Assembly (NCBI GenBank): GCA_963772835.1
Contig: CAVYYZ010000002.1
Location: 384,001 to 448,000, forward strand
Length of the DNA stretch: 64,000 bases
From: an uncultured delta proteobacterium
GTDB taxonomy: Bacteria > Desulfobacterota > Desulfuromonadia > Geobacterales > Pseudopelobacteraceae
Direction: 5' to 3'
In this document: one piece after another, positions 61,366 to 64,000 of the stretch
How the letters are laid out: each line of letters begins with the position of its first letter
Numbering within the stretch: position 1 is the first letter of the stretch
Program-made: the position numbers and the translations under genes
The notes under the pieces: model-generated
What the model was told of the DNA's origin: nothing
Database searches by the model: none
What the model saw: the letters and a program-made list of their open reading frames with translations, nothing else

Positions 61366-62404
61366 CTTGCTCTTTCCTGTGCTGTTTGATGAGTGAGTCC
61401 ATGGCGGTACGCTCTATGAGGTCTTCGAGCTTTGCTATCGACTGCGGTTCTCCGAGAACAATCAGCGTATCCCCGCCTTCCATTTTTGCCTGGGGGTGCG
61501 GATTGAAAATCATCTTTCCATGCTCCTTCTTGATGCCGACAATGATGACTCCCATTCCCTTGCGGAATCCGGAACTGATCAAAGACTCTCCGACAAAAGC
61601 CGAGTGCCGGGGTATGGTGATCTCTTCCATCTGCAGATCCATATGTTCACTTCCGGTAGCGATTTCAATGAAATCGACTACATTGGGGCGGAGTACCGAC
61701 TGGGCCATCCTGCTGCCGCCGATAAGGTATGGTGATACGACTTTGTTTGCCCCGGCCCGTTTGAGTTTGATGTCGGAGCCCTCTTCGCCGGAGCGGGCGA
61801 GGATATACAGGTCTGGATTCAGCCCGCGAGCGGTCAAGGTTATATACACGTTTTCCGTGTCTGAAGTTACAACCGAAATCAAGCCTTTAGCCCGCTTTAT
61901 GCCGGCTTTGAGCAGAGTTTCATCCAGAGTGGCATCCCCCCTCATGTGAAGGTATCCCTCTTCATCAAGCTTTTCCAGAGTATCAACACTTTTTTCTACA
62001 ATTACAAACTTGAGATCGTTCGCTTTAAACTCCTTGCAGATCAGCGAACCGATCCTTCCGAATCCGCAAATGATGTAGTGTTCACTCAGTGCGTCTATCT
62101 GTTTTTCCACCTTTTTCCTCCCCATGATCCGCTGGAACTGCCCCTCAAACATGATCTGGGCCAGACTCCCGACGATATAGCCCAAGACGCTGACGCCAAC
62201 GACAATTAACCCCATCGTGAACAGTTTCCCGCCGTCGGAAAGATCGTGGACCTCTTTGAATCCAACAGTCCCCAGGGTAATAACCGTCATATAGGCGGCA
62301 TCGAGCAAACGCCACCCTTCGATTGACATGTAGCCGATTGTTCCCCCTGATATAAGCATCAGAAGGACAAAAAACGATATTTTCAGGTGTCTGACCGGAT
62401 CCAT
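61355..62404 (-). CDS. potassium channel with TrkA-N/TrkA-C (RCK) domains
   Basis: TVGFKE pore motif, CGFGRIG and an RCK-C domain. Confidence 0.92.
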   Translation of the reverse strand: MDPVRHLKISFFVLLMLISGGTIGYMSIEGWRLLDAAYMTVITLGTVGFKEVHDLSDGGKLFTMGLIVVGVSVLGYIVGSLAQIMFEGQFQRIMGRKKVEKQIDALSEHYIICGFGRIGSLICKEFKANDLKFVIVEKSVDTLEKLDEEGYLHMRGDATLDETLLKAGIKRAKGLISVVTSDTENVYITLTARGLNPDLYILARSGEEGSDIKLKRAGANKVVSPYLIGGSRMAQSVLRPNVVDFIEIATGSEHMDLQMEEITIPRHSAFVGESLISSGFRKGMGVIIVGIKKEHGKMIFNPHPQAKMEGGDTLIVLGEPQSIAKLEDLIERTAMDSLIKQHRKEQDEK

Positions 62405-62538
62405 AGGCGTTGCAGAGTACCTGCAAGGGCTCAAAAAAACAAGTTACTTTCTTTTCACAAGAAGAAATGGTGCCAAAGTTCACATCGTTGGAACGGTGGC
62501 GTGGCAATCGTGACGGACTAAAAAACAGCGTGATCTAA

Positions 62539-62569
62539 TTGACAAATTCTGCATACTGTATACAATGCA
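62539..62569 (+). promoter_or_regulatory. promoter with GntR-type operator
   Basis: TTGACA-16 bp-TACAAT overlapping the palindrome TGTATACA (62557-62564). Confidence 0.65.
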
Positions 62570-62598
62570 CAAAATTCTCACGGGAGCTTTACCCACTC

Positions 62599-63267
62599 AT
62601 GAAAAAGCCTATGGAAAAACATCTTACTCTGCGTGAAAAAATACTTGAAAACATTCGCGAGTCCATAGTTTCCGGCACTCTCAAGGCCGGCAGCAGGGTG
62701 TCAGAGCCTGAACTCGCTGAGCGTTACGGTATCAGCCGCACTCCTATCCGCGAAGCATTTCGTCAGCTTGAATCGGAAGGATACCTGACGGTGATACCCC
62801 GCCGGGGAGCTGTTGTCAGCGAATTCAGCCCGAAGGACATCGAAGAATTCTACGCTATCAAGAGCATAATGGAAGGGTATGCGGCCAGAATGGCCTGCGA
62901 AAATCTGACCGAAAAAGAGCTGGATCGCCTTCAGTCCATCAATGACAAACTCGCTGAACTGGCCCGTATCGGTGATATTAAACATTTTTTCAAAATTCAC
63001 AGTGACTTCCATGAGGTTTTCATCAAGGCAGCCGGTAACGAAAAACTGCATGAATTGATAGCCGGACTGGTGACCAAATTTCAACGTCTCCGTTTTACAT
63101 CACTCAGTCTCCCGGGGCGTATGGCCGTTTCGGTTCAGGAACACGAAAAGATAATCGATGCGTTCCGAAGAAAAGATGCCGATCTGGCTGATACGCTTGT
63201 CCGTAAGAATGCCGAGTACGGCGGACGGGTGCTGATGAACGGCACCACATCTTCAACTGACAGCTGA
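62599..63267 (+). CDS. GntR-family (FCD) transcriptional regulator
   Basis: [15 protein letters not shown]...LESEG and FH...AGN. Confidence 0.94.
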   Translation: MKKPMEKHLTLREKILENIRESIVSGTLKAGSRVSEPELAERYGISRTPIREAFRQLESEGYLTVIPRRGAVVSEFSPKDIEEFYAIKSIMEGYAARMACENLTEKELDRLQSINDKLAELARIGDIKHFFKIHSDFHEVFIKAAGNEKLHELIAGLVTKFQRLRFTSLSLPGRMAVSVQEHEKIIDAFRRKDADLADTLVRKNAEYGGRVLMNGTTSSTDS

Positions 63268-63334
63268 CCGCTGTTTTGCCATGAACGGTGCCCCCCAGCA
63301 AGCATCTGATATACCGTCGCCGGAGAAACAAATA

Positions 63335-64000
63335 ATGACTGCGTTAAAATCCATTGCATTGATTCCGGCCGCCGGTATGGGTAAGCGCATGGGCGCTTCT
63401 GTCAACAAGCAGTATCTGCATCTTGGCGGCATGCCCATTGTCGCCCGTACCATTGCCGTTTTTGAACAGTCCCCCTTAATTGATGCCATTTATCTGGTTA
63501 TTCCCGCTGATGAGATCCATTATTGCCGGGAACATGTTGTCGAAGCGTACGGATTCCGGAAAGTCGTCAAAATCGTCGCCGGTGGCAGGGAACGTCAAAA
63601 CTCGGTAATGAACGGCTTGAGTGCCATGCGGGAAGATGTTTCGGATTTGGACGTTGTCCTGATACACGATGGCGTCCGGCCGCTGATTACTGAAAAATTG
63701 CTGCAGGCATCAATCGACATTGCCAGGGCAGGCGGAAGTGCGGTGGTCGCCGTGCCTTCCAAGGATACTCTCAAGACGGTGGCAAACGGCATTGTCACAG
63801 GGACCCCGGACAGGGGGGACTGTGGCAGGCACAGACACCACAGACATTCCGGTTCGGCGTTATTTACGCGGCCCATCAGGCCGCCGAATCTGATCATTTT
63901 GCGGGAACAGATGATGCCGCTCTGATCGAAAGGATCGGCGGACAGGTCAGGGTTGTTCAAGGCACCTATTGTAATATCAAGATCACAACTCCTGAAGACC
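63335..64000 (+). CDS. ispD: 2-C-methyl-D-erythritol 4-phosphate cytidylyltransferase; G-run frame break at 63813-63818; runs off the right edge
   Basis: [12 protein letters not shown] and HDGVRP. Adding one G restores LWQAQTPQ...TDDA...NIKITTPED. Confidence 0.95.

Noticed and set aside
63810..63925. ispD pseudogene
   Set aside because: One missing G in a G-run of a normally essential MEP-pathway gene. The downstream motifs are intact, which points to sequencing error.

Overview
This window looks like chromosomal DNA from a Geobacteraceae/Desulfuromonadales-type organism; the triheme c7 cytochrome, short heptamer/octamer repeats and gene content support this. Most genes are housekeeping (queC, pta, trpB/trpF/trpB2, hom, nusB, ribH, aroK, rnr, tatC, trpA-accD-folC-lptD, hemW, cbiX/C/D, galE, ispD). 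Four accessory blocks stand out. (1) 3.2-6.8 kb: an integron-type cassette array with three recognisable attC sites, a fourth remnant and a HigBA toxin-antitoxin pair, but no integrase in the window. Upstream sit a pseudoknot-plus-terminator leader, a 117-aa protein with a DUF5710-like C-terminus and five 18-bp palindromes (GTTNCYTATATARGNAAC) ending next to the first core site. This is the best candidate for an undescribed system. (2) Two metal-handling clusters carry four NosL-family proteins with no nosZ; one is preceded by a Cys-rich ORF ending in a polyproline, arrest-peptide-like tail. (3) A stand-alone NuoE/F/G module is interleaved with a cytochrome c and a hydrolase and runs into cobalamin genes. 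(4) A Ser/Thr kinase-AAA-GAF-histidine kinase, receiver, HD-GYP and flavoprotein signalling operon. Single-base frame breaks in queC, pta, the hybrid kinase, ispD and one cassette ORF look like sequencing indels. All family names come from motif recognition, not database searches.
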